Below are positions 1 through 12,880 of a stretch of DNA of 61,587 nucleotides, in pieces. Where the stretch lies: NCBI RefSeq assembly GCF_004010195.1, contig NC_057719.1, positions 6,151,372 to 6,212,958 on the forward strand. Reading direction: 5' to 3'. This DNA is from Chiloscyllium plagiosum (taxonomy: Eukaryota). The notes under the pieces were generated by a model. It saw only the letters and a program-made list of their open reading frames with translations, made no database searches and was not told the DNA's origin. Every line of letters begins with the position of its first letter. Position 1 is the stretch's first letter. A program made the position numbers and the translations under genes.

Positions 1-655
1 GCCACGGCCGCCCATGCCTCCTCATGGGATCTTTCTTCCTTTTAGGAATGAACTGATCCTGCAACTTCTGCATTATACACAGAAATATCCGCCATTGTTC
101 ATCCACGGTCATCCCTGCTAAGGTATTGCACCATTGAACTTTGGCCAGCTCCCCCCTCATAGCTCCATAGCTCCCTTTATTCGACTGAAATATTGTCACT
201 TCCGATTGTACCTTCTCCCTCTCAAACTGCAGATTAAACTTATTGTATTGTGGTCACTAACTCCTAATGGCTCCTTCACTTCGAGGTCCCTGATCAAATC
301 TGGTTCGTTGTACAACACCAGATCCAGAATTGCTTTCTCCCTGTTAGGCTCCAGCGCAAGCTGTTCTAAGAATCCATCTCAGAGGCACTCCACAAACTCC
401 CTTTCTTGAGGTCCACTACCATCCTGATTCTCCGAGTCTACCTGCATGTTGAAATCCCCCATAACAACTGTAGTAATATCTTTGCGACAGACCAATTTCA
501 GCTCCTGATTCAACTTACACACTACATCCAGACTGCTGTTTGGGGGCCTGTAGATAACTCCCATTAGGGTCTTTCTACCCTTAGAATTTCTCAGCTGTAT
601 CCATACTGACTCAACATCCCCTGATTCTAGGTCCCCCCCGCGCAAGGGACTGAAT
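1..655 (-). mobile_element. CR1-clade LINE ORF2 fragment (AP endonuclease)
   Basis: Translation VESVWIQLRNSKGRKTLMGVIYRPPNS...VVMGDFN. Confidence 0.9.
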
Positions 656-900
656 ATTACCCTGACCCCACTGTGTAACACGCCCTGACCCCACTGTATA
701 ACACACACTGACCCCACTGTGTAACATACCCTGACCCCACTGTATAACACACACTGACCCCACTGTGTAACACACCCTGACCCCACTGTATAACACACAC
801 TGACCCCACTGCGTTATGCATCCTGACCTCTCTGTATAATACACCCCGACCCCACTGTGTAACACATTCTGTCCCCACTGTATAACACGCCCTGACCTTA
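656..900. repeat. Minisatellite, ~22-23 bp unit (CTGACCCCACTGTRTAACACAC)
   Basis: About 10 visible tandem units. Confidence 0.9.
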
Positions 901-1814
901 TTGTTTAACACATTGCAAGCTAACTACAAAATGCAGAATGGATACTATACAATACGTCTCCCGTTCTGTACCATAACATGACACAACCCATCATCCATAT
1001 TCCGACAACTGTTTGTACTATTATGTAATCAAAACAACTGTGTGCGTCAACATTGTACCATTGGGGGATAATAACATGTCTTTGTACAATGGCCTTTATC
1101 TGGCAAGTTAAAACATTTTTGCACAGCGGAATGGGCGTGCTGCCTTTTGAAAAAAAAAGAGGTAAAGTTATGACAGTCCCAGTGGAGAGGGTGATGACTG
1201 CTGATGGTTTAACCTGTGAGCCACCATATCACAGGTAAGGACCAACCTTAACCAGAGCTGGAATTCAGCCTGTGCTGTTGCTGTCTCTCTGCATTGAAGC
1301 AAACCAGCCATTTAGCCAACTGAATAACTAAGTCCCACTAAACTATGAATAAAGTAAGATCCCATAGACAGATCAAGTAAAGAGCAGACAGCAGCAGTCA
1401 CAGCTTCCTTCATGCTGCGATGAACAATTAACATCTTTAGAGACCATAGAACATAGAACATTACAGCGCAGTACAGGCCCTTCGGCCCTCGATGTTGCGC
1501 CGACCTGTGAAAATAAGCTGATGCCCATCTAACCTGCACTGTTCCATTATTATCCATATGTATGCCCAAAGCTGTGATATCATCTCCAAAACTGACAGTA
1601 ATCTCCTCAAAGACAGAACTAATATAATCAGCAAAAACTGACAGTATAATGAAACCCCAAAATTGACCTTAAAATCGTACCCAATGTTGACAGTAACATC
1701 ACTCCAAAACTGACAGTAACATCAACCTCAAAATGTGGTGTCAGTGAAAAGTCAGTGAAACGGTGTTGCCTGTGAAGACAGTGTCGGAATGCAGCTGCCC
1801 CCTCACTCACTGCC

Positions 1815-2466
1815 AGCCATCTTGAGAGTAAACCCACAAAAAGCAACTGGCCTGGATGAATTCCCCAGCCACACACTCAGATCCTGCATGGACCGGCTGC
1901 TGGGAGTGTTCACTGACATCTTTAACCTCTCCCTACTACAATCTGAAGTCCCCACCTGCTTCAGGAAGACTAATGAAAGCTCATGACGTGTGCTTCAATC
2001 GTTACCACCCGGTGGCTCTGACCTCCATAGCTATGAAGTAACTCAAGTGGTTAGTCATGGCTCACATTAACTCCAGCCTCCCAAATTGCACTGATCCCTT
2101 GCAATTCACCTACCGACACAACAGGTCCATGACAGACCCCATGCCCCTGGCCCTACACTCATCCCTGGAACATCTGGATATCCACGTCAGGCTCCTGCAT
2201 ATTGACTGCAACTCCACCTTCAGCACCATAATTTCAACCAAACTAATCTCCAAACTCCGAGACCTATGTCTCTGCTCCGCTCTTGGCAACTGGATCATCA
2301 ATTTCCTGACCCCTAGAATGCAATCAGTAAGGATAGGCAACAACACCTCCTCCACGACACCCTCAACACTAGTGCCCCACAAGGCTGTGTAGTCAACACT
2401 GTACACTCCCTGACTGTGTGGCCAAACTTCATCCAAATTATCTGCAAGTTTGCTGACAACACCACT
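1815..2466 (+). mobile_element. Rex1/Babar-like LINE reverse transcriptase fragment, frameshifted
   Basis: Motifs KATGLDE..GVFTDIFNLSL..VPTCF, YHPVALTS, DPLQFTYR, VRLLHID. Confidence 0.75.
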
Positions 2467-2834
2467 CTTCAACCCCAGGGCATCAATGTGGATTTCACCA
2501 GTTTCCTCATTTCCCCTCCCCCCACCTCACCACAGCTCCAACCTTCCAGCTCAGCACCATCCTCATGACCTGTCCCCGCTGCCAATCTTCCTTCCCACCA
2601 ATCCGCTCCACCCTCCTCTCCGACCTAACACCTTCATCCCCACCTCCATCCACCTATTGCATTCTTTGCTACCTACTCCCCAGCCCCAATCCCCCTCCCG
2701 TTTATCTCTCCACCCCAGGGGCTCCCAGCCTAATTCCTGATGATCCCTGCTCCTCAGATGCTGCCTGACCTGCTGCGCTTTTCCAGCACCACACTCTCAA
2801 CTCTGATCTCCAGCATCTGCAGGCCTCACTCTCT
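2467..2834 (+). mobile_element. Penelope-like element terminal fragment (C-rich tract + terminus)
   Basis: Ends in GATGCTGCCTGACCTGCTGCGCTTTTCCAGCA...CTCCAGCATCTGCAG, shared with the elements at 12.2, 32.2, 41.9 and 61.4 kb; a remnant CCTGATGA is present. Confidence 0.6.
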
Positions 2835-3151
2835 AAGACCGATCTGACAGTGATAGCCCAGCTTCTGAAGCAGACAATACAGCACTCCCTAAAATAGTAA
2901 TATCAGACCCAGAAGTAAAAGGTTTCAAAAGCTGCAACTTTGTGTTGTGTTTATGGATTGTGAGTTAGATCACTTAGGGAGCGTTGTGATTACAAAAAGG
3001 ATGCTGAACCATTTGGGGACGGTGCACCCAGCTGAGGAGGACGCCAGAGCTGAGAGCATTGTAATATTTCTCGGTGAAAAGGAAGGCTGAGGGTGACTGA
3101 ATAGTAATCTTATAAACTCATTCGATAAGCGTATTGCATCATCATACATCC

Positions 3152-3443
3152 AGATTAGATTCCCTACAGTATGGAAATAGGCCCTTCGGCCCAACCAGTC
3201 CACACCGACCCTCTGAAGAGTAACCCACCCAGACCCATTCCCCTCTGACTAATGCACCTAACACGATGGGCAATTTAGCATGGCCAATTCACCTGACACG
3301 CATCTTTGGACTGTGGGAGGAAGCCCACGCAGACACGGGGAGAATGTGCAAACTCCACACAGACAGTTGCCCGTGGCTGGAATTGAACCCGGGTCCCTGG
3401 CATGGTGATGCAGCAGTGCTAACCACTGAGCCCCGTGCCGCCC
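3152..3443 (-). mobile_element. HE1-like tRNA-derived SINE
   Basis: Reverse complement of the copy at 8895; A/B boxes and an AATCT tail. Confidence 0.85.
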
Positions 3444-4734
3444 TAATAGTTTGTGGCTAATAAATCCAACAGGAAGTCACTTCTTTCTCATTTGATCATG
3501 GATCTCATACCTGGATGGAAGAGTTGGGGTGAATACTGTCGATGTACGTCAGGGGAAGATAGCTATGCACATGATGGAGAAAGAACTAAAAATTATGCTG
3601 TTAAGTGTAGATGCGGTAGGGTGATAGGAGACGTCTGTGGAGCATAAATGCCAGCCTAGGCCAGGTAGGCTGAATGGTCTGGTTTCTCTGGGGTAAAGCC
3701 TGTGTCTATACCAGCAACCCAACGTTAAGCCAACTGCCCTGCTTTTCCAATGAGGAACAGCTGACAGTGAAGTCTCACCCCACTCTCTTTGGAAACCAAA
3801 GTACCTGAAAGAAATTTTATTTTTAGATTTTCCCTCAGCACAACACGCTGCACATTCCAACAGTGAACATTCTAGAGCTTTTAATTTTAATTTTATAATT
3901 AGCTCGGAGTACAGTTGCTATGGCGATGCACCACTGCAAGGTGTGAAGCTATGTGACAGATACAGTAGACGATACTGCAGAATTGTATCCATGAGCAGTT
4001 TTTAAGATTTCATTTTCTCAGAGATCAGGAAATGTAAATCCGTTGTCAGTAAAGGTGACCGTGAAATGATTGTGGATTATTGTAAGAATCTAACTCATTC
4101 AATAGATTGTAACTCAGTCAGCGGTGTCTTTACTTCAGGGTAAGAAAGATGTTGATTCAGGTTTCATTCCAGAGACTGAGTGTTTAATCAGGCTGACACT
4201 CCCACACAGTACAGAGGGAGTGCTACACTGTCTTTTTGGATAAGGTACTAAAATACCTTCTCTGACACACCCACCTAGACCCAGTGCTTGATGCCAAGCT
4301 GAATGCTGCTTTCCTGCTTAGATACCTCTCCTTCGTATCTCTGGCCTGCAGCTGTCTATACAGACACAGTTAGGGTCTGCTGTATTTTATTCAATTACCA
4401 CCCAAAGTCACTAATTAATCCTGATCCTCTCACTCTCATCAGACACTTCTCATTTATACTTTTACATTCCAACTCCCTGGATGGAGCACTCTCGTGTAGA
4501 GTCAAAGATGTCACTTGCTAAAGTCTTTCAAGGCACTATAACCTGCCAATTGGAATAATTATAATAAACCAATTTCAAATTGATCACTGAATGAGAGGCC
4601 ATTCAGCCCAACGTCAATGTCCTGCCATTTTCCTGATTCTATCCAAATCTCCATCCAGTGCCCCTCCCAATTGCCTCAGTTGAACCTGCCTCCATCATGT
4701 TTCCAGACCCTGACGACTCTCTGGGTAAGGAATG

Positions 4735-5317
4735 ATTTGAAGGTGCCGGTGTTGGACTAAGGTGGGCAAAGTTAAAACTCACACAACACCAGGTTATAGT
4801 CCAACAGGTTTAACTGGAAGCACTAGCTTTCTGAGCGCTGCTCCTTCATCAGGTAGTTGTGGAGTATACAATTGTAAGACAGAATTTATAGCTAAAGTTT
4901 AGTGTGATGTAACTGAAATTATACATTGAAAAATACCTTGATTGTTTGTTAAGTCTCTCATCTGTTTGAATGACCATGTTAGTTTCACTTCTTTCTCATG
5001 TAAATCACAAAACCTTTTTTAAAAAGTTACATTCTCAGGTTAACTGTAACAATAGGTGTCAGCCAGATAAGATGTTGAAGGTGTTAGCCCCCTGTGTTCC
5101 CTGTCTGTGCCATAAAGTTTAGACTGATTCTAATCTAAGAAAATGAGATAACAGAGTCTTACATGGATTCATGCAGTTTTTGAGCAAAGTACAATGTAAC
5201 TCTGCAAGTACAAATTCACCCCATAAACGTATATGTGTATGTGTGCATGTGGGTTTTTGTGTGTGTGTGCGCATGTGTGGGGGTGTGTGAGTGTGTGTGT
5301 GTGAGTGTCTGCATGCA

Positions 5318-5349
<32 letters not shown>

Positions 5350-5757
5350 TGAGTTTGTGTGTGTGCGCACGCTTGTGTTTTTGTGTGTGTGTGTGTGCAT
5401 GTGGGTGCCTGTATGTATGTGCGCATGTGGGTTTGTGTGTGTGTGTGCGCATGTGGGTTTGTGTGTGTGTGCGCACATGTGGATTTGTGTGAGTGTGTGT
5501 GTGTGAGTGTGTGTGTGAGCGTGTGTGTGTGTGAGTGTGTATGTGTGTCTGCGTGCATGTGGGTGGGTGTGTGTGTGTGTGTGTGTGCACATGTGAGTTT
5601 GTGTGTGTGTGTGCATGTGGGTACGTGTGTGTGTGCGCATGTGGGTTTGTGTGTGAGTGTGTGTGTGGGTGTGTGTATGTGTGCACATGTGGATTTGTGT
5701 GTGTGTGTGGGCGCATGTGGGTTTGTGTGTGTGTATGTGTGTATGTGTGTGTGTGTG
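4735..5757 (-). mobile_element. Penelope-like element end with hammerhead core and long TG/CA-rich tract (5232-5757)
   Basis: Minus strand CTGATGAAGGAGCAGCGCTCAGAAAGC at 4826-4852, followed by a degenerate (TG)n tract. Confidence 0.55.
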
Positions 5758-5759
5758 AC

Positions 5760-5898
5760 TAACAGCAGTACTTCACCGGAGGCTCACTGATGATGTTACC
5801 TGGTATGGTGACGAAACATCTGAAAATGAACCTTGCAGCTCAGCGAGCAAACCTACATCCAAAACCTCAACCTGAGCTACAAATCTTCTCAAAACTCG
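5760..5898 (+). mobile_element. Penelope pLTR fragment with hammerhead core
   Basis: CTGATGA-TGTTACC-TGGTAT-GGTGAC-GAAAC; downstream sequence homologous to 6480-6562 and to the reverse complement of 40670-40770. Confidence 0.75.
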
Positions 5899-6044
5899 TT
5901 TGTATCCACATTGCTACTATCCCCTTTTCACTATGACCTGTGGCTTTTCTCAAAAGTCTGTTGTGTGGCACTATATGATACGCCTTCTGTAAATCCATGT
6001 TCACAACATGAACAGCATTACCCTCAACCAACCTTTCTATTCCC

Positions 6045-6975
6045 ACCATGGCAGGCAAAGTTGAACCCCAGTGAAGGTAAGGTGATGCACTTTGGAAGAA
6101 GGAACAAGACAAGGGAATACTCAGTGAATGGCAGGACACTAGGAAGCTCAGAGGAACAGAGGGTTCTTGGCTTGTTTGTCCACAGATCTCTGCAGGTCGC
6201 TGGTCAGGTTAATAAGTGGGGAAAGAAGGCTTGAGGGATCCTTGCCTTTATCAGTCAGGACATAAATTATAAGACAGGCTAAGCAAAGATATGCCAGAGA
6301 ATTCCTAGAGGCCTGGCACTCCAACCACAACGCCATAAACAAACACATAGATCTAGGTGCCATCTATCAACTCCTCAGAAAACGAACAGGAAATGACACC
6401 ACCACAAACCCCAGGAACCCCATCCAGGAGAAAGACATAAATAGAAAGCAGGAGACAACAGCTTCGCTTCACGTGGAGGTCGCCACTGATGATGTTACCT
6501 CGCCAGGTAATGAAACATCTGGATATGAAACCTACAGCTCAGCGAGCAAACCTACACCCTAAAGTGGGGAGATTATTTTAGACACAGGCCACAGCTGGAG
6601 TACGATGTGCAATTTTGTTCAATACACTATGGGAAGAATATGATTGCACTGGAGGGGGTTCAGAGGAGATTGACCAGGATATTGCCTGGGATGGAGCACT
6701 TCAGCGACGGAGAGAAGGCTGAGAGGGGACCTGATCGAGGTGAATAAGATTACGAAGGATGACTAGAAAGAAGCTCTTCCCCTCAGCTGAAGGACAAAGA
6801 ACACAGGATTTAGAGGGGAATGAGGAATATTTATTTCATCCAGAGGATGGTGGGGATCCAAGCACTGCCTTAAAGGGTGATTGAGGCCTTTAAAAGGTAC
6901 TTGGATGAGCACTTGAAGTGTGAAAGCATTCAAGGCTGTGGGACTAGTGTAGGCCGCAGTGTATGTTTTGATGGG
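6045..6975 (+). mobile_element. CR1 LINE 3' region interrupted by a Penelope fragment
   Basis: WQAKLNPSEGKVMHFGRRN...VLGLFVHRSL motif. Confidence 0.8.
6275..6562 (+). mobile_element. Penelope 3' end (GIY-YIG C-terminus + pLTR with hammerhead core)
   Basis: Translation AKQRYAREFLEAWHSNHNAINKHIDL; CTGATGA...GAAAC at 6486-6516. Confidence 0.8.
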
Positions 6976-7379
6976 AATGACTCTTCTGTACTGTTTGGTT
7001 CTTTGATTCTACCTTTTCGAAAAAACTTGTGTAAGTTAGTTAAGCACAATTCCCTCCTCAGAAATCCATTCTGCCACTTTGTAATCACTTTTTCCACGTG
7101 ATTTCTAATCCAATTCTGAATAATTGTTTCTGGAAGTTTACACACCATGAAGTTAAATTGACCGGTCTGTAATTGCTGGGATTACTATTATAACATTTCT
7201 TGAGTAAGGCCGGAATGTCTTCAATTCTCCAGCCATTTGGCTGATGTTGGATCGTTCCTTGGAAAGGTATGGAAAAATAAAGAGCATGAAAGCATGGGAA
7301 GGGTTAAAACATCAAGACCACTGGTGATCTGTTACAAGGGGTCTGTGGAATGCTACACTAGCCAAAAGGTCACTCTGGC

Positions 7380-8528
7380 AGCATGGGGTCACGGTGGCAA
7401 GATGGGGTCATGGTAGTAGGATGGGGTCACAGTGGCAGGATGGGGTCACGGTGGCAAGATGGGGTCATGGTAGTAGGATGGGGTCACGGTGGCAGGATGG
7501 GGTCATGGTAGTAGGATGGTGAAATGGTAGCAGGATAGAGTCACAGTGGCAGGGTGGGGTTACGGTGACAGGATGGGGCCACGGTAGCAGGACAGGGTCA
7601 CAGTAGCAGGACGGGGTCATGGTGGCAGAATGGGGCCACGGTGATAGGATGGGGCCAAGGTGACGGGATGGGGTCATGGTGACACAATGGGGCCACGGTG
7701 ACAGGATGGGGTCATGGTGACAGGATGGGGCCATAGTAACAGGATGGGGTCACAGTGACAGGATGGGGTCACGGTGACAGGATGGGGTCACAGTGACAGG
7801 ATGGGGTCACAGTGACAGGATTTGGCCATGGTGACAGGATGGGGCCATGGTGACAGGATTGGGCCATGGTGACAGGATGGGGCCACAGTGGTAGGATGGG
7901 GTCACGGTGACAAGATGGGGTCATGGTGACAGGATGAGGTCATGGTGACAGGATGGGATCATGGTGACAGGATGGGGCCACAGTGACAGGATGAGGTCAA
8001 GGTGACAGGATGAGGTCACGGTGACGGGATGAGGTCACTGTGACGGGATGGGGTCATGGTGACAGGATGGGGCCACGGTGACAGGATGGGGCCACGGTAG
8101 CAGGATTGGGTCACGGTGACAGGATGAGGTCATGGTGACAGGATGGGGCCACGGTAGCAGGATGGGGTCACGGTGAAAAGGATGAGTTCACGGTTACAGG
8201 ATGGAGTCACGGTGACAGGATGGGGCCACAGTGACAAGATGGGGTCACGGTGACAGGATGGGGCCACAGTGACAGGATGGAGTCATGGTGACAGGATGGG
8301 GCCACGGTAGCAGGATGGGGCCACAGTGACAGGATGGGGTCACAGTGACAGGATGGGGTCACAGTGACAGGATGGGGTCACGGTGACAGGATGGGGTCAC
8401 GGTGACAGGATGGGGTCACGGTGGCAGGATGGGGCCATGGTGACAGGATGGGGTCACGGTGACAGGATGGGGTCATGGTGACAGGATGGGGTCACGGTGA
8501 CAGGATGGGGCCATGGTGACAGGATGGG
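7380..8528. repeat. G-rich minisatellite, 19 bp unit GGTGACAGGATGGGGTCAC
   Basis: About 60 tandem units. Confidence 0.95.
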
Positions 8529-8894
8529 ATAAGAATAGTTGAATTCTGTTTCACCAATTAACAGAGTCGGGCTCGGGCTGAAAGGTGACTATGGCAGGCT
8601 GAGATAACAAGAATTAGTGAAGTCAACCTCGCCTGCTAAATATCATCATGGCAAGTTGGGACCTGTCGTGACAACAAATATTTAGGACATGACATTAAAT
8701 ATTTAATTAATAGTTAGTAGGTCTTGTTTCCAGCATCTGCAGTCCTTGTTTTTGCCTAGTTAATAGAGTCAGCCTGGTTGAGACCCTTGACAATAAATAT
8801 CTAATCAGTAGTTAGTAGAGTCATCTTGGGACAGGAGACCATCGTTGCAGAGCTGGTAGTAAAATATCTAATCATGACATTAGAATAATTAAGT

Positions 8895-9216
8895 GGGCGG
8901 CACGGTGGCACAGTGGTTAGCACTGCTGCCTCGCAGCGCCAGAGACCCGGGTTCAATTCCCGACTCAGGCGACTGACTGTGTGGAGTTTGCACGTTCTCC
9001 CCGTGTCTGCGTGGGTTTCCTCCGGGTGCTCTGGTTTCCTCCCACAGTCCAAAGATGTGCAGGGTCAGGTGAATTGGCCATACTAAATTGCCCGTAGTGT
9101 TATAAAGGGGTAAATGTAGGGGTATGGGTGGGTTTCGCTTCGGCGGGTCGGTGTGGACTTGTTGGGCCGAAGGGCCTGTTTCCACACTGTAATCTAATCT
9201 AATCTAATCTAATCTA
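8895..9216 (+). mobile_element. Full-length HE1-like SINE
   Basis: A box TGGCACAGTGG, B box GGTTCAATTCC, CR1-type 3' end GGGCCGAAGGGCCTGTTTCC and (AATCT)n tail. Confidence 0.9.
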
Positions 9217-9667
9217 GAATGTAGGAAAAAGCATAGTGGCAGAACTAGAGAGATAATGGGAACTAACATCACTGGTTTATTGTATAGCTGGAGTGAGATA
9301 ATTCGGACTAACACAGTTGGGCATGCTGATAAGCTATACAAAAGATTTTAAAAAGGTATAAAGAGCCTGATGTTCAGGGGCATTCAAGAATTTGCTTCCT
9401 GACTGTCAGGGTTTTTTGTTTGCAAATACAAGACCTACTCCTTGAAGAACTCTCTGTGTACCCTGGTGATTCTCTACATTTTCTCCACAGCAAGGGCTGA
9501 CCAAAGCAAGTTCCAGTCACAGAACTGAAATCAAAAACTGATTTCTGTCAAACACTAGCACCCAAATTTACAAAAATAGTAACGTATTAAAAACTGTCGT
9601 CACAGTGAGTGGGCAGTTTTATATATGATCAAAGGGGTACAACGTGGGACTCTGAGCCACATTGACA

Positions 9668-10300
9668 GTTTGTGATGGAGGGAAGGTCATTGATGAAGCA
9701 GCTGAAGGTGGTTGGGCCTAGGACACTGCCCTGAGGAACTCCTGCAGAGATGTGTTGAGTCTGAAGTGATTGTTCCCCAACAACCACGACCAGCTGCCTC
9801 TGTGGTAGGTCTGACGTAAGCCAGTGGCAGGGTCTCTCCCTGATGCCCATGGATTCCGATTTTGGCCAGGGCACCTTGACGCCACACTCAGTGAACTGCA
9901 GCCTTGATGTCACCTCACTCACTCACTTCACCTCTGGAATTCCGCTGTTTTATCCGTGTTTGAATCAAGGCTGTAATGAAATCAGAAGCCAGATGGTCCT
10001 GATGCAATTCCAAACTGAGCATCAGTGAATGTTTTATCAAAGGTTAAATGCCACTTGATTACACATTTGATGACATCTTCCATAACTTTACTGATGATCG
10101 AGGGGAGGCTGATGGGGCGGTTGGATTTGTGTACAGGACATACCTGGACAATTGTCCACATTGACCGAGTAGATGCTAGTATTGTAACTGTACTGGAAGG
10201 GCATGGCTAGGGAGACAGGCAGCTCTGGAGCACGTTTCCAGTTACATTGCCAGAATATTCTTCAGACCTATAGCCTTTGCAATATCTCCAAAGCTCCAGC
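9668..10300 (-). mobile_element. L2/CR1-group LINE RT fragment
   Basis: ISAGVPQGSVLGPTTFSCFINDLPS. Confidence 0.8.
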
Positions 10301-10344
10301 CAATATTTGAATTATGGGAGACTTTACTGTCAGTTTTGGGGGGA

Positions 10345-10844
10345 NNNNNNNNNNNNNNNNNNNNNNNNNNNNNNNNNNNNNNNNNNNNNNNNNNNNNNNN
10401 NNNNNNNNNNNNNNNNNNNNNNNNNNNNNNNNNNNNNNNNNNNNNNNNNNNNNNNNNNNNNNNNNNNNNNNNNNNNNNNNNNNNNNNNNNNNNNNNNNNN
10501 NNNNNNNNNNNNNNNNNNNNNNNNNNNNNNNNNNNNNNNNNNNNNNNNNNNNNNNNNNNNNNNNNNNNNNNNNNNNNNNNNNNNNNNNNNNNNNNNNNNN
10601 NNNNNNNNNNNNNNNNNNNNNNNNNNNNNNNNNNNNNNNNNNNNNNNNNNNNNNNNNNNNNNNNNNNNNNNNNNNNNNNNNNNNNNNNNNNNNNNNNNNN
10701 NNNNNNNNNNNNNNNNNNNNNNNNNNNNNNNNNNNNNNNNNNNNNNNNNNNNNNNNNNNNNNNNNNNNNNNNNNNNNNNNNNNNNNNNNNNNNNNNNNNN
10801 NNNNNNNNNNNNNNNNNNNNNNNNNNNNNNNNNNNNNNNNNNNN
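10345..10844. other. Assembly gap (500 N)
   Basis: Run of N. Confidence 1.
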
Positions 10845-11281
10845 ACTGTCCAAACACCAACCTGTTACCATCCAAATACCAACCTGTTACCGTCCAAAGA
10901 CCAATTTGTTACTGTCCAAACACCAACCTGATACAGTCCAAACACCAACCTATTACTGTCCAAACACCGAATTGTTACTGTACAAATACCAATCTGTTAC
11001 TGTCCAAACACCAATCTGTTACTGTCCAAATATCAACCTGTTCCTGTCCAAATACCGACCTGTTACTGTCCAAACACCAACCTGTTACTGTCCAAATACC
11101 AACCTGTTACCGTCCAAATGCCAACCTGTTACTGTCCAAACACCAACCTATTAATGTCCAAACACCAACCTGTTAATGTCCAAACACCAACCTGTTACTG
11201 TCCAAACACCAACCTGATAATGCCCAAATACCCACCTGCTCCTATCTAAGTACTAACCTGTTACCACCCAAATATCAACCT
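10845..11281. repeat. Minisatellite, 22 bp unit ACTGTCCAAACACCAACCTGTT
   Basis: About 20 tandem units abutting the gap. Confidence 0.95.
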
Positions 11282-12059
11282 GAGCTCTGTCTCAAAGAGC
11301 TACCCCTAGCAAAAGGACCAAATGGCATCCTCCTAAACAGTATACCTTCTATGATTGATCATTGAGTGAGATGGAGGGTGAGGCATTTGTCAGAAGGTGA
11401 GTGGGGAGTAAGGAAACAGGGCAGAAGGGGGGGGGGGTGGTAAAATAAAGAAAAGTACACATCATTTAAAAACATTTCAATAATCTCTCATCCAAGCCAA
11501 CTCTTCATTAAAAATGGATGAGCAATTACTCATAAACCGTGTGGTACTTAGTAAAGCTGTTTTGGCCTTAAGCCACTTGACTGAGTACAATCGCCAGCTG
11601 TAAATGGGCAATGGTGGGTGAATGGATTGACTGACAATGGTCCTGATGAATCTTTGATGAGCAATTTATAAAGAGATTGTAGCGTGTGGCTCAATGTGTT
11701 GCACAGAGCAACTTCTGCAAGGGCAATGCTATTACATCTTCAACATAAATAACAACAGAAAAAGCTGCAATCACTCAGTACATCTGATCTCACTTGGACA
11801 CAGAGAAACACAGTTAATATTTCATATTCATGAGAACCTGACCTGAAGCATTAACTGGGTTTCTCTCTCCACAGGTGCTCTGGACTATTTTCCCGCATTT
11901 TCTGTTCTTATCTCAGACTTCCAGCATCCACCTTCCACAGGGGTGGGAGCTCAGAGCAGGGGCTAAGTGTAAATGGGTTCATGTGAGCTCCATGCTCACT
12001 CCTCTGGTCTCACTGACCAGGTGCAGGAATGTACTCTGCTACATCGCAGATCTCTCCAG

Positions 12060-12880
12060 GTTCCTTCGAGACCAAACTTGCAAGTTCTGCTAATATCTGA
12101 TGGGTTTTCTTTCTTATGGACCTCAATTTTCATGAATAAACTTCAGGGGCAGCACCATATGTGCTGAATACTGCCCCTTTTAACAGCTGCGAGGTCTGCA
12201 AGTTGTTTTTCTGACAGCATGGTGTACATATTCCGAACTGGGAGGAAGTGAGGACTGCAGATGCTGGAGATCAGAGCTTAAAAATGTGTTGCTGGAAAAG
12301 CGCAGCAGGTCAGGCAACATCAAAGGAGCAGGAGAATCGACGTTTCGGGCATAAGCCCTTCCCTTTGATGCTGCCTGACCTGCTGTGCTTTTCCAGCAAC
12401 ACATTTTTAAGCTTATATTCAGAACTGTACCTATCAGAATGGTCGATAACATCAAAGCCCAAACATCTTTTGGCAACTTCAACTTCACAGCTATCTTTTC
12501 AAATGAGGTAGAATATTTTTTAACTCTATCCTTGGTTTTGGATTTAGACACAAAGTGCAGATTTCTGGTTAAGTTCCTGTGTGAAGTCAGAATAATTTTA
12601 ACAGCCTTGCTTCCTTTGGTCTTTTGTCTAGCCAGGTTAGGTTGTCTGATTTCCCTCCCATTCTAGTTTGAGATTGTTTTCAATCCAATGCTTTTTTTCT
12701 GTTATTCTCCCATCACTTTCCAATTCAAGCTTTCTTCTGTCCAGCTGCTTTTTCTGCTCTTTCACCTTCTGTTCCATTACTCTTTTTTTCCCCGTCTTTT
12801 CCCTCTCTATTTCTCATTGTTTTCTGTCTTCTCTCTTTTAATTTCTCTATCTCTTTCTTTTTCTTCTCACACGGAATTTT
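12060..12880 (-). mobile_element. Gypsy gag remnant (SCAN-like capsid region)
   Basis: KYSTSFEKIAVKLKLPKDVWALMLSTILIG...YTMLSEKQLADLAAVK, interrupted by the 12241-12414 insertion. Confidence 0.6.
12241..12414. mobile_element. Short palindromic PLE-derived insertion with 13-bp TSD
   Basis: TSD ATATTC(C/A)GAACTG at 12228-12240 and 12415-12427; internal inverted arms. Confidence 0.8.

Noticed and set aside
5119..5790. His/Thr- and Cys/Val-rich ORFs (also 20528-21402)
   Set aside because: Translations of (CA)n/(TG)n tracts, not proteins.
8895..8970. tRNA gene-like A/B boxes
   Set aside because: They form the tRNA-derived head of a SINE that continues into SINE body and tail.
8665..9478. Possible LTR around the SINE at 8895
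   Set aside because: TG...CA ends are plausible, but I found no TSD or partner LTR.
10242..11176. Long ORFs spanning X runs (also 28593-29117)
   Set aside because: Artefacts of N gaps and adjacent tandem repeats.
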